The notes under the pieces: model-generated
Seen by the model: the letters and a program-made list of their open reading frames with translations, nothing else
What the model was told of the DNA's origin: nothing
The model's database searches: none
In this document: positions 16,391 to 25,964 of the stretch, piece after piece
Position numbering within the stretch: the stretch's first letter is position 1
Layout of the letters: each line of letters starts with the position of its first letter
Program-made: the position numbers and the translations under genes
IMG/VR virus record: IMGVR_UViG_3300027798_000135
Span: 1 to 33,068 of that record
From: a virus
Lineage: Duplodnaviria > Caudoviricetes
Strand: one strand, 5' to 3'
Length of the DNA stretch: 33,068 nucleotides

Positions 16391-16471
16391 ATGATTTTAA
16401 CAATAATCGGAGTTATTGTACTAATTTTAATGATTATAGAAATTAGAGACGTTTATAACCAAACCAAATGA
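16391..16471 (+). CDS. 26-aa single-TM microprotein
   Basis: MILTIIGVIVLILMIIEIRDVYNQTK; AAACAA leader. Confidence 0.55.
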   Translation: MILTIIGVIVLILMIIEIRDVYNQTK

Positions 16472-16584
16472 TAGTAGGAATTTTATGCTCTATATTCTTT
16501 GCAACCATAATTTCAATAGTATGGGTGCGCTTAATAGACCAAAGCAACAAGATGTTAGAACAAGATAAAAAAGATAAGCAATGA
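16468..16584 (+). CDS. 38-aa single-TM microprotein
   Basis: MIVGILCSIFFATIISIVWVRLIDQ...; ATGA overlaps at both ends. Confidence 0.6.
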   Translation: MIVGILCSIFFATIISIVWVRLIDQSNKMLEQDKKDKQ

Positions 16585-17255
16585 CCTGGAACGAATTAAC
16601 AGTATGGCAGTACCAACAGATTTATCCAATAGTAACTAAGCCTGAAAAGGATTGGACTAACCTTGATGTAGAAAGTAAGCTTGTAGGCATTTTATACAAC
16701 ATTACAGACACGCAAGTCGATAGCCTCAGCGTAGGGGAGTTTAATAAAATGAAGGCAACCTTGGGCTTCTTAGACGATAAAATTGAAGGTAAGCCTGTTA
16801 AGTACACAGAAGTAAACGGCAAACGTTATAGGTTTATCTATGATGTGCAGCAAATCAAAGCAGCCAGATACATTGAGACTAAAGTATTTAGCACGGACTT
16901 AGTAGGTAACCTACACAAGTTAGCAGCCTCAATGGTTATGCCTCAGCGCAAAAATTGGCACGGCAAATGGGTTGATGACAAGTATGACGCTTCTAAGCAT
17001 AGCCAATATGCAGAGGACTTACAAGGCGCAAAGTTTATGCACATATACCAATCGGTTGTTTTTTTTTATCAAGTTTACAGAAACTGGATAGAAGTTTCTC
17101 AGGGTTATTTGATACAAGAAATGATAGCGAAGGGGATGGATACGGAGACGGCACTAAAGGTGGTTCAAACTTTATGCGAGACTTTGGATGGCAGTATTGT
17201 ACCAAATCTGTTGCCGACCAAGAAAATATTACAGTTGACCAAGCTTATGAGTTAA
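16581..17255 (+). CDS. tail assembly chaperone-like protein (zero-frame product, 224 aa)
   Basis: W-x-ELTV-x-QYQ start; contains a T9 slippery run at 17059-17067. Confidence 0.6.
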   Translation: MTWNELTVWQYQQIYPIVTKPEKDWTNLDVESKLVGILYNITDTQVDSLSVGEFNKMKATLGFLDDKIEGKPVKYTEVNGKRYRFIYDVQQIKAARYIETKVFSTDLVGNLHKLAASMVMPQRKNWHGKWVDDKYDASKHSQYAEDLQGAKFMHIYQSVVFFYQVYRNWIEVSQGYLIQEMIAKGMDTETALKVVQTLCETLDGSIVPNLLPTKKILQLTKLMS

Positions 17256-17338
17256 GAACAATACACTACTTAAATACGCTATCTTATCTAAAGGCTAAAG
17301 CCGATTACGATAAAGAGCAACATAGGAAATTAAGATAG
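17060..17338 (+). CDS. -1 frameshift extension of the 16581 gene (fusion of about 252 aa)
   Basis: T-TTT-TTT heptamer; the -1 frame is open for 90 codons (LSSLQKLDRSFSGLF...FGWQY...YLNTLSYLKAK...RKLR) and ends just before a terminator. Confidence 0.7.
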   Translation, partial: FFLSSLQKLDRSFSGLFDTRNDSEGDGYGDGTKGGSNFMRDFGWQYCTKSVADQENITVDQAYELRTIHYLNTLSYLKAKADYDKEQHRKLR

Positions 17339-17349
17339 CCCCCCAGACA

Positions 17350-17383
17350 AGCCCTGCCAATTTTGGTGGGGTTAGTTATTTTT
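17350..17383 (+). terminator. intrinsic terminator
   Basis: AGCCCTGCCAA/TTGGTGGGGTT hairpin followed by a T-rich tract. Confidence 0.55.
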
Positions 17384-17393
17384 AGACCTTCCT

Positions 17394-17406
17394 TATATTT
17401 ATTAGC
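17394..17406 (+). promoter_or_regulatory. putative late promoter core, 5 nt before a GTG start
   Basis: TATATTTA-TTAGC-GTG, directly after a terminator. Confidence 0.55.
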
Positions 17407-18087
17407 GTGAGTATAGCAAAAGCACAAATAAGAGAACTTCAGTCAAGCTTTATACAAAGCATAGGAGATACAGAGTTTGGCAAGGTCAATCCAAAGGACT
17501 TACCTATATTGGAAAGGGTACTTGCTATTTATGGACAAGCCTTTAACACAAGGATTACCCAAATATTAGACGAGGAAAATATAACAAGTTCTGGTAAGTT
17601 AGCAAACCCGGCAGAACCTTTATTAACTAAATTCGGTACTGGCTATATTTTGAGCGTAGGTTATGAGAAGGGAAGTGAGCAAGACAAGTACTTTAGGTTT
17701 ATCAATAAAGGGGTTTTAGGTACAACAAACGAAAAGGCAGACCCTAATACACCCTATAAATTTGATAAGGCAAAGAAATACGTCAATATTGGTGCAGTTG
17801 AAAAATGGTTAGGTTATAATAAACTTAAGACAGTAGCGGTTAAAAAGTACACAAAACTTGGAGTAGAAACTAAAGCGATTGAAAGCAAAAGGTCTTTAGC
17901 TTTTGTTATAGCCAGAAGCATTCACAGAAAAGGTATTACCTCTACAAAGTATTTTGACAGAGCAGTAGCCCAAATATTTAATAAAGATTTTGTAGCAGAT
18001 GTTGCACTTGCAGTTGGTAGCGATGTTCAAATACAAATAAAACAAATAGTAAACGAAGTTAAAAATGGCAATAACAGTAACAAGTAG
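17407..18087 (+). CDS. putative neck/tail-completion protein
   Basis: SSGKL...Y-x-x-FINKGV-x-G...AFVIARSI-x-RKGI-x-x-T-x-YF basic pattern; first gene of the tail operon. Confidence 0.55.
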   Translation: MSIAKAQIRELQSSFIQSIGDTEFGKVNPKDLPILERVLAIYGQAFNTRITQILDEENITSSGKLANPAEPLLTKFGTGYILSVGYEKGSEQDKYFRFINKGVLGTTNEKADPNTPYKFDKAKKYVNIGAVEKWLGYNKLKTVAVKKYTKLGVETKAIESKRSLAFVIARSIHRKGITSTKYFDRAVAQIFNKDFVADVALAVGSDVQIQIKQIVNEVKNGNNSNK

Positions 18088-19279
18088 CCCTGCGCCCTAT
18101 TCGTCTATGCACGATAACCTTTGGTTCGTGTCAAGTTCTACTAATAGCGGAACTACAAACTTTAAGTTTGTGTACGATGTATATATAAACGGCAGCCAAG
18201 TAATTAGGTCAAAGGTATTCCCTTCGCCAAGTGCAGAGGGCAGCTATGGGGTGTTTAACGCATCGCCAATGGTTAGAAGTTTTGTAACTAATTACTTTGA
18301 GCCTTCTGGTAGTTCAATACTTGTAGCATCAAACGACAAGATTAAAGTAGATTACCAATTAAGAATAGGCGAAGAAGTTAGCGGTATTACAACTACCAAC
18401 TTAGCATCTGGCAGCTACTCAGCTTACAACTTCGTGCCGCCATTGTTTGCCGATGTGTTTCTGACAAAGAACAATACACCTTTAGTGCTATCCGACTATT
18501 ACGATAATTTACTATTAGAAAACTTTACCGATGACTTCTTAACGGAAAGGGACACGGACGATATAACGCTTGAGTATGGCGATAACTTTTACATCACGTT
18601 TCTACGCATAGCTTTAGGGGGTTACTCAGCTTTTGTAGAAGTGTTAGGGCAAGGCGATGTGGTTACAAGTACTGTATCGGGCAACATAACATTAGATGGC
18701 GAATTTAATATGTTTAACTTACAAGCAGGACACATAAACGCATTTGCTTCTGGAACTATAATTACCGAAGATACATACGGCTATAACTTCTATTTAAAAA
18801 GAGGCGCAGCACAAACAAGGGTAATTAAGATAAGACATAAGTGCTATCCTAAATACCAACAATTTAACTTGGAGTTCCTGAATAGGCTTGGCGGTTGGGA
18901 CACAAAGAAGTTTGCCCTCGTTAATAGAAGGTCAAGCGAATATCAAAGGGCATCATACAGGCGAAGCGACTATCAGCTTGTAGGTGGGCAAATGACAAAC
19001 ATTGATGGATATAACAGATATAACGAAACGACTTTTAACTATGCTATTCAGCATAAGGATAAATATAAGCTTATTAGCGATTGGGTTAGCGAACAAGATT
19101 ATTCGTGGCTATCTCAACTCGTATCAAGCCCTATTGTATATATGGAGGTTCTTGGTGCTTACTTCCCTGTTACAATAAGCACAAGCAATTACCAATATAA
19201 GTTAGATAGTGCAGACGGATTGTTTAACTTTGAGATTGAGGTCGAAGTGGGTAAATACTTAACAAGCCAATTCAGATAA
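18065..19279 (+). CDS. tail/baseplate structural protein
   Basis: Beta-rich, F-x-N-x-x-GGWD...L-x-x-SP-x-VY pattern; position in the tail operon. Confidence 0.6.
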   Translation: MAITVTSSPAPYSSMHDNLWFVSSSTNSGTTNFKFVYDVYINGSQVIRSKVFPSPSAEGSYGVFNASPMVRSFVTNYFEPSGSSILVASNDKIKVDYQLRIGEEVSGITTTNLASGSYSAYNFVPPLFADVFLTKNNTPLVLSDYYDNLLLENFTDDFLTERDTDDITLEYGDNFYITFLRIALGGYSAFVEVLGQGDVVTSTVSGNITLDGEFNMFNLQAGHINAFASGTIITEDTYGYNFYLKRGAAQTRVIKIRHKCYPKYQQFNLEFLNRLGGWDTKKFALVNRRSSEYQRASYRRSDYQLVGGQMTNIDGYNRYNETTFNYAIQHKDKYKLISDWVSEQDYSWLSQLVSSPIVYMEVLGAYFPVTISTSNYQYKLDSADGLFNFEIEVEVGKYLTSQFR

Positions 19280-21360
19280 TGATTAGCACAGAGATATACA
19301 TAGAAGACGAGAAGATTGATTTATTGCAGGATATATCTACCGAGTTTACTTATGCCATTGACGATGTAAGTGAGTTCGGTAGTCGCAATACTTCATTCAG
19401 CAAAACAATAAGCATACCAGGAACGGCAAATAATAACCTAATCTTTGGTTACATCTTTGAACTAAACAATGCCAACGTAACAGTTGATGCATTACCAAAC
19501 GTAGGGTATAACTACAACGTAACTAAACAAGCTAACTGCAAAATATTTATTGATAAGGTGCAGATATTTAAAGGCACTTTAAGAATATTAGAAATAGTTA
19601 TCGACAAAGAAACTATTGAATACCAGTGCAGCGTGTTTGGGGAACTTGGTGGTTTTATTAATCAGTTAGGTAATAGGCGTTTAGAAGATTTAGATTTTAG
19701 CGCATACGACCATACTTATAGTGTAGCCAATATTAGTGCGAGTTGGGATAATGCAGGGGGTTCTGGGTATTACTATCCGCTTATTGATTACGGAAGTGTT
19801 AGCACGGGTACAGGTTCAACAGGACCAGGAGCATACGGAGTAGCAAAAAAAGACTTTCAATATACAACGTTTAGACCTGCTTTGTATGTAAAGGAATATA
19901 TAGATAAGATATTTGCAGGTACAGATTATACATTTGATTGCTCGTTCTTTGACACGCCTTTATTTACAAGGCTTATTATACCGCATAACCAAACAACTAT
20001 TACTGCGTTAAATAATACCAGTATGAGTGCAAGTGCTATTAATAGAGATATGCTATTAACAAGCGACCCTTTCGTTCAATATACTTTAGTAACCGCAGGT
20101 AGCTTTGCTATTGACGGCACTAATACTTTGTTTACTTATTCAGGCGCAACGCTAACTACAAACATACAAATCACTTTGACAGGCTTTGTAAACTTCTTTA
20201 ATGCTGCGCAGCCTACCTATACTGTAATACTTAGAAAAAACGGAGTACAAATTGCCTCGCAAGATTTTGATGCGAGTGCTACAAGAATGCTTAATTGCAA
20301 CTTTACTGCTCAAGGCATTACGTTTAATAGTGCAGATACTATGCAAGTAGAAATACTTGGTACGTTAATGGAGATTGAAATATTTACGGGTAACATAGGT
20401 ATAACTACAAGCACCCCGACACAAGTACAAATTAACTTAGGCGAAACTATTAAGGTAAGCCAAACAATCCCAAAGGGTATATTCCAAAGGGACTTCTTTT
20501 TAAGCATTGTAAAGATGTTTAACCTATATGTATATGAGAATAAGTTTAACGACAAAGAACTGGTTATTAGTCCGTATGTGGATTTTTATCCTGAGAACGC
20601 GGCTGATGCTTTGGATTGGACTAACAAAGTAGATAGGGCAAAGCCTTTAAGTATTAAGCCAATGAGTGAAGTTAATGCTCGTTACTATAACTATAAGTTC
20701 AAACAAGACAATGACTTCTATAACGAAAACTATCGTAAGAAGTACACCGAAGGTTATGGCGATTTTATATACGATACTGAATTTGACTTTGTAAAAGAAA
20801 CCGATAATTTAGAAGTTATATTTGCGGCATCTGTATTATACCAAGCAACAGGACAAGACAAAGTGTTCCCTGCAATCTATAAGAAGTCAAACACAAATAG
20901 TGCTGAGGACAGAATGGATAGCATCATTCGTATAATGCAGACAAAGAAAATTACAAGCGTAACAAGTTGGAACATTTTAAATACAAGTACTGTATTAGGT
21001 AGCTTTACAAGTTATGGTTATGCAGGACATTTAAACGACCCAAATAATTCAACAAGCGATATTAACTTTGGCGCACCTAAAGAATTACAATTTGCACCCA
21101 CTAACTTTACTGAGTTTAATGTGTTTAACGAATTTCATAGCCCTTACCTTGCAGAGATTACAAACAAGGATAGTAAGCTATTAAGTTGCTTTGGTTTATT
21201 AGACATAGTAGACATTTTCAATTTAGATTTTAGCAAGTACGTTTATATAGACGGGGTATTGTTTAGACTTAATAAAGTTGAGAACTTTAACCCTATGGAA
21301 TACAACACTACTAAACTATCATTTTTAAAAGTGATTAACACAAAATACCCAACAATATAA
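19279..21360 (+). CDS. tail tip/hub structural protein
   Basis: SFSKTISIPGT-x-x-NN, YYYPLIDYG and KMFNL motifs; 693 aa. Confidence 0.65.
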   Translation: MISTEIYIEDEKIDLLQDISTEFTYAIDDVSEFGSRNTSFSKTISIPGTANNNLIFGYIFELNNANVTVDALPNVGYNYNVTKQANCKIFIDKVQIFKGTLRILEIVIDKETIEYQCSVFGELGGFINQLGNRRLEDLDFSAYDHTYSVANISASWDNAGGSGYYYPLIDYGSVSTGTGSTGPGAYGVAKKDFQYTTFRPALYVKEYIDKIFAGTDYTFDCSFFDTPLFTRLIIPHNQTTITALNNTSMSASAINRDMLLTSDPFVQYTLVTAGSFAIDGTNTLFTYSGATLTTNIQITLTGFVNFFNAAQPTYTVILRKNGVQIASQDFDASATRMLNCNFTAQGITFNSADTMQVEILGTLMEIEIFTGNIGITTSTPTQVQINLGETIKVSQTIPKGIFQRDFFLSIVKMFNLYVYENKFNDKELVISPYVDFYPENAADALDWTNKVDRAKPLSIKPMSEVNARYYNYKFKQDNDFYNENYRKKYTEGYGDFIYDTEFDFVKETDNLEVIFAASVLYQATGQDKVFPAIYKKSNTNSAEDRMDSIIRIMQTKKITSVTSWNILNTSTVLGSFTSYGYAGHLNDPNNSTSDINFGAPKELQFAPTNFTEFNVFNEFHSPYLAEITNKDSKLLSCFGLLDIVDIFNLDFSKYVYIDGVLFRLNKVENFNPMEYNTTKLSFLKVINTKYPTI

Positions 21361-21363
21361 GAT

Positions 21364-23697
21364 ATGGCAGAAAATCAACTATCGTTTGATATAAAAGTAG
21401 GCGGTAACCAAGAACAAGCATTAGGCTCTTTAAAATCTCAGTTAAAAGAAGCGCAACAAGAGGTACAAGCTTTATCCGATAAGTTTGGGGCAACTTCTAA
21501 AGAAGCTATTGAAGCTGCAAAAAGAGCAGGAGAATTAAAAGACAGAATAGGCGATGCAAAAGCTTTGACTGATGCCTTCAATCCAGATGCTAAGTTTAAA
21601 GCCTTAACCGCTTCGCTTAGTGGTGTAGCCGGTGGCTTTGCAGCAGCACAAGGGGCGATTGGTTTATTTGGTGTAGAGTCAGCAGAAGTAGAAAAAACTT
21701 TGTTAAAGGTACAATCTGCAATGGCTTTATCTCAAGGCTTACAAGCAGTAGGGGAAAGTGTAGATAGTTTTAAACAATTAGGTGCAGTTATAAAAAGTAC
21801 AAGCGCATTTCAAGCTGCCTATAATTTTGTAATTGGCGAAAAGGTTGCAATACAGAAGGCAGATGCGGTAACAACAGTAGCCGCAACAGTAGCAACTAAA
21901 GCACAAGCAGCGGCAACCAATAGTTCAACAGTAGCTACAACTGCTTCAAGTGTTGCTTTAAAAGTATTTAGAGGGGCTTTACTTGCAACAGGAATAGGAG
22001 CAATAATTATTGCCTTAGGTTTACTAATAGCAAACTTTGGTAAAATAAAAGCTGCAATCCTTAATGCAATACCAGGTCTTGGAAAATTTGCCTCTACTGT
22101 TGGAAATGTTATTAACTCGTTTACTGATTTAATAGGAGTAACAAATGCGGCTTCAAGGGCAGAGCAACAAAGACAAGCAATCTTTGCAAAATCTTCTGCT
22201 AATACTAAAGTAGTTAATGAAGGGATAGAAAGGCAGATTAAATTAATACAAGCACAAGGAGCGGAACAAGGTAAAGTAGACGTACTTAGAAAGCAACAAA
22301 TCAATAATGAATTAAATGATTTAAGAAAAGCCGTAGATAGTAAAGGTCTTTTGTATGGTGAACAATCTAAAAGATACAAAGACTTACAGAATGATTTGCA
22401 GGTAATTGATGCTGTTGCTCAAAAAACTAAAGAAGACAATGCTAAAAAAGCTAATGAGAAACAAACAAAAGCTGATAATAAATATGCAACATCTACAAAA
22501 AAATCAGCACAGGAAATTGCTAAAGAAAAAGCAGAAGCTGAAAAGGAAGCGCAATTAATATTAGCAGAAGCAAGTAAAAAATTAAAGACAGACCAAGAGC
22601 AAGAGTTATTAAATATAACAGAAGCTTATGCAGAAAAGCAAAAGAAATTATCTTTAGCAGGTATAAAAGATAATGGAGATTTAGCAGCAGCAGAACAAAA
22701 AGAAAAGAAAGCGGTATTAGATAAATTTGCAAAAGAAGAAAAAGATTTAAAAGATAAAAATGAAAAAGATGCAAAAGACAAAGAGGCTGCATTTCAAAAA
22801 GAATTAAATAAAATTACTCTTGAAACAAAGTTAGAAGGTATTGTAGACGAAAACGCAAAGGCAAGAGAACAATTACTTACAAGCTACGAACAACAAAGAA
22901 AAGATATAGATGCTAATGAAAATTTAACTGCTGAACAAAAGAGTGCGTTAAAGATAGCGTTAGCAACTAAAGAAACACAAGCTTTAGCTGCTTTAAAATT
23001 AACAGAAGATAAAAAGAATGCAGCACAAGAAATAAGTGATTTAGATAAAAAAATAGCTAAAAATACTGCTGATTTAGAAATAGAAAGAAATTTATTAAAA
23101 GAAAAAGATATACTTCTTAAAGATGCGTATGCTAAAAAATTAATAACAGAAGAGCAATTTACCGCAGGAATAGATGCTAATGCAAAGGCAAGAACTGAGA
23201 TAGATAAGCAAGAGACAGAAGCTAAAGTTAGAAACGCAGAAATCGCTTCTCAGTTATTAAACACTATTGCTGATGTACTTGGTAAAAATACTGCGGCAGG
23301 AAAAGTAGCAGCTATTGCTTCAACTACGATTGATACTTATTTAGGCGCACAAAAAGCATATACATCTCAGCTAATACCTGGAGACCCTTCGTCTCCTATT
23401 AGAGCGGCTATTGCTGCCGGTATTGCAGTTGTAGGTGGTCTTAAAAACGTTAAGTCAATATTAGCAGTAAAAACACCTGGCGGCGGTGGTGGTGGTGCAG
23501 CTAACATTTCTGCTCCAAATGTGTCAGCAACTGCACCAATAGCACCTGCACAACCACAAGCAGCTACTACAAATATTAGCGCACAATCAATAAATGCTTT
23601 AGGTAATCAAGCAACGAGAGCCTATGTTGTAGAAAGCGATGTAACCAATAGCCAACAACGTATGGCAGCTATTCAGCAAAGGGCAAGATTTGGTTAA
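21364..23697 (+). CDS. tape measure protein
   Basis: 777-aa Ala/Lys/Glu-rich coiled coil with hydrophobic stretches, C-terminal RAYVVESDV. Confidence 0.8.
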   Translation: MAENQLSFDIKVGGNQEQALGSLKSQLKEAQQEVQALSDKFGATSKEAIEAAKRAGELKDRIGDAKALTDAFNPDAKFKALTASLSGVAGGFAAAQGAIGLFGVESAEVEKTLLKVQSAMALSQGLQAVGESVDSFKQLGAVIKSTSAFQAAYNFVIGEKVAIQKADAVTTVAATVATKAQAAATNSSTVATTASSVALKVFRGALLATGIGAIIIALGLLIANFGKIKAAILNAIPGLGKFASTVGNVINSFTDLIGVTNAASRAEQQRQAIFAKSSANTKVVNEGIERQIKLIQAQGAEQGKVDVLRKQQINNELNDLRKAVDSKGLLYGEQSKRYKDLQNDLQVIDAVAQKTKEDNAKKANEKQTKADNKYATSTKKSAQEIAKEKAEAEKEAQLILAEASKKLKTDQEQELLNITEAYAEKQKKLSLAGIKDNGDLAAAEQKEKKAVLDKFAKEEKDLKDKNEKDAKDKEAAFQKELNKITLETKLEGIVDENAKAREQLLTSYEQQRKDIDANENLTAEQKSALKIALATKETQALAALKLTEDKKNAAQEISDLDKKIAKNTADLEIERNLLKEKDILLKDAYAKKLITEEQFTAGIDANAKARTEIDKQETEAKVRNAEIASQLLNTIADVLGKNTAAGKVAAIASTTIDTYLGAQKAYTSQLIPGDPSSPIRAAIAAGIAVVGGLKNVKSILAVKTPGGGGGGAANISAPNVSATAPIAPAQPQAATTNISAQSINALGNQATRAYVVESDVTNSQQRMAAIQQRARFG

Positions 23698-23732
23698 ATG
23701 ATAACAATTTAAAACACTTAATATTTAAAGAT
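23692..23732 (+). promoter_or_regulatory. putative late promoter
   Basis: GGTTAAATGATAA-N13-TTAATATTTAAA, same arrangement as 24308-24345. Confidence 0.6.
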
Positions 23733-24317
23733 ATGGACTTACCTGTTTATTTATTAGACATTAGCGAGGATATGAATGACGATGCCGAGGTCGATTATGT
23801 GGCACTCGTTGACAAACCTGCTATACAAAAGAACTGGAATGCATTTAAAAATCAACAACGCTTTCAAGTGGTTAGCGAAGATAAGCGTATTATTTCTGGA
23901 CCTCTTATGCTTGCTGACGTACCTATTTTTAGGAGCGATGCTACTTATGGCGATTACTATGTTGTCTTTTCTAAAGATACTATTTTCAAGATTGCGCAAA
24001 AGTTTTTCAAAAGAGGCTACCAATCAAACGTGAATTTGATGCACTCGCCTGACAAACAAGTCGAAGGTGTTACTATGTTTGAAAGCTTTATAACAGACAA
24101 AAGCAGAGGCATACAACCAATGAAAGGTTTTGAAGATGCACCAGACGGGTCGTGGTTTGGTAGCTTTAAAGTAGATAACGAAGGGGTGTGGAACGATGTT
24201 AAAGAGGGTAAATTCAAAGGCTTTAGTGTAGAGGGATTGTTTACTTACAAGACAAAGCCAAACAAAGAACAAGAACTTATGAATGCAATAAAGGAAATAT
24301 TGCAGAGGGTTAAATGA
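23733..24317 (+). CDS. prohead protease (XkdF-like serine peptidase)
   Basis: VALVDKPAI, GPLM-x-AD-x-x-I-x-R, NLMH, GSWF, KGFSVEG. Confidence 0.8.
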   Translation: MDLPVYLLDISEDMNDDAEVDYVALVDKPAIQKNWNAFKNQQRFQVVSEDKRIISGPLMLADVPIFRSDATYGDYYVVFSKDTIFKIAQKFFKRGYQSNVNLMHSPDKQVEGVTMFESFITDKSRGIQPMKGFEDAPDGSWFGSFKVDNEGVWNDVKEGKFKGFSVEGLFTYKTKPNKEQELMNAIKEILQRVK

Positions 24318-24345
24318 TAAACAAAATCTTTTATTAATATTTAAA
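24308..24345 (+). promoter_or_regulatory. putative late promoter
   Basis: GGTTAAATGATAA-N13-TTAATATTTAAA. Confidence 0.6.
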
Positions 24346-24353
24346 CAAAAAGA

Positions 24354-24941
24354 ATGATGAACGCAAAAGATGCAATTATGCAAATTAGGGCTTTGTTCGA
24401 AGATATGCCAATGGATGCTCCTGCACCTGTTGAAGCACCAATCGAAGAAGTACCTGTTACATTCGCTGAGTATAGCCTTATGGACGGAACGAAGGTTATG
24501 GTAAGCGAACTTGCTATTGGTGGCGAAGTTACTTTAGCAGACGGAAGTCCTGCTCCTGTTGGCGAACACCAATTAGCTGACGGCACTAAAATTGTTTTAG
24601 ACGAAGCCGCTAAAATCTTATCTATTGAAACCCCAGAAGCAGAAGCTAAAGAAGCTGACGAAAACCCTGCTGAAATGGGTAAAAAGTATGACGAGAAAAT
24701 GGCTGACGAAATTACAAACTTAGTAGCTGAAAACGAAAATCTTAAAACACAAGTAGCACAATTAGAGGCAAAAGTTAAGAATGGCTTTAGTCAAGTAGCT
24801 GAATTAATAGAGGCACTTACTAAGACACCTAACGCTGAACCTATTGCGCAACCAAAACAAACCTTCGGTTCTAACGTAACAACTCACAATATGAAGTACG
24901 ATAGAATTGAAAAATTTAGAAACGCTTTATTAAACAAATAA
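24354..24941 (+). CDS. capsid scaffolding protein
   Basis: Acidic, L-x-DGT repeats and PAP-x-GEH-x-L-x-DG, coiled coil; between the protease and capsid genes. Confidence 0.7.
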   Translation: MMNAKDAIMQIRALFEDMPMDAPAPVEAPIEEVPVTFAEYSLMDGTKVMVSELAIGGEVTLADGSPAPVGEHQLADGTKIVLDEAAKILSIETPEAEAKEADENPAEMGKKYDEKMADEITNLVAENENLKTQVAQLEAKVKNGFSQVAELIEALTKTPNAEPIAQPKQTFGSNVTTHNMKYDRIEKFRNALLNK

Positions 24942-24953
24942 AAATAAAATAAA

Positions 24954-25907
24954 ATGGGATTTGATGTATCTGCATTAGCAAACTATACAAAAGAAAACGA
25001 GGCTCTACTTGTAACATCTTCTGTATTAGGTTCAAAAACTGCGACTCTTATTAAGAGCGCTGGTGGAATTATGGTTGGAGTTAAGAGTTCTGAGAAGATA
25101 AATATAATGCAAACTGACGCTATCTTCCAAGATGGTGCTGCTTGTGGTTTTACTGCTTCTGGCTCTACAACTTTCACTCAAAGAACTGTAACTCCGGGTA
25201 AGATTAAAGTAAACGAAGCTTTATGTCCTAAAGACTTAGAAGCAAAGTATTTACAAAAGGCTTTACCAACAGGTTCAAGTTATGACTCAGTACCTTTTGA
25301 GCAAGAGTATAGCGAAAAGAAAGCTAAGACTATCGCTGCTCAATTAGAGACTGCGCTATGGACTGGCGATACCGCTTCTGTCAATGTTAATCTTAATAAA
25401 TTTGACGGGCTTGTAAAATTAATAGGTGCTGCAACAGGTGTTGTTGCTGCAAACGCTTCTACTTTTATTAGTGGTGCGCCTTTATCTACTATTACTGCTG
25501 CTAACGTAATATCTATCTTTGATGGTGTTTACGCTGCAATCCCTGCACAAGTTGTAGCTGCTGACGATATGACTATCTTCTGCGGTCAAGATTTATTCCG
25601 CACTTACACTATTGCTCTTAAGAATGCTAATAGCTTCTCTTATAACGTAGATGTAAAAGCTGATAGCGAATTTATCTTACCAGGTACTACAATCAAAGTT
25701 ATTGCAGTTGCAGGTCTTAACGGAACTAACAAGGTTTACGCTATGCGTTTATCTAATATGTTCTTAGGTACAGACTTATTGAACGAAGAGGAAAAATTTG
25801 AAATCTTCTACGCAAAGGAAGCTGACCAAGTACGTTTCGTATCTGAGTTCAAAATGGGTACTAACATCGCATTCCCTGACGAGACTGTGAAGTTTATCCT
25901 TGCATAA
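24954..25907 (+). CDS. major capsid protein
   Basis: 317 aa after protease and scaffold; LCPKDLE, LWTGD, FDGLVK; strongly biased codon use. Confidence 0.85.
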   Translation: MGFDVSALANYTKENEALLVTSSVLGSKTATLIKSAGGIMVGVKSSEKINIMQTDAIFQDGAACGFTASGSTTFTQRTVTPGKIKVNEALCPKDLEAKYLQKALPTGSSYDSVPFEQEYSEKKAKTIAAQLETALWTGDTASVNVNLNKFDGLVKLIGAATGVVAANASTFISGAPLSTITAANVISIFDGVYAAIPAQVVAADDMTIFCGQDLFRTYTIALKNANSFSYNVDVKADSEFILPGTTIKVIAVAGLNGTNKVYAMRLSNMFLGTDLLNEEEKFEIFYAKEADQVRFVSEFKMGTNIAFPDETVKFILA

Positions 25908-25913
25908 TTTATA

Positions 25914-25943
25914 GGGGGATTGAAATATATCCCCCATTTTTTT
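25914..25943 (+). terminator. hairpin with TGAAATAT loop (copy 2) followed by a T tract
   Basis: GGGGGAT-TGAAATAT-ATCCCCC-ATTTTTTT after the capsid gene. Confidence 0.7.
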
Positions 25944-25964
25944 AAACTAATTAATTTTTAAAAT

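Noticed and set aside
23478-23497. GGC/GGT microsatellite
   Set aside because: It encodes a poly-Gly linker in the tape measure protein.
23776-24033. 85-aa alternative-frame + strand ORF inside the protease gene
   Set aside because: Fully nested, no recognisable features and no slippery site noticed.
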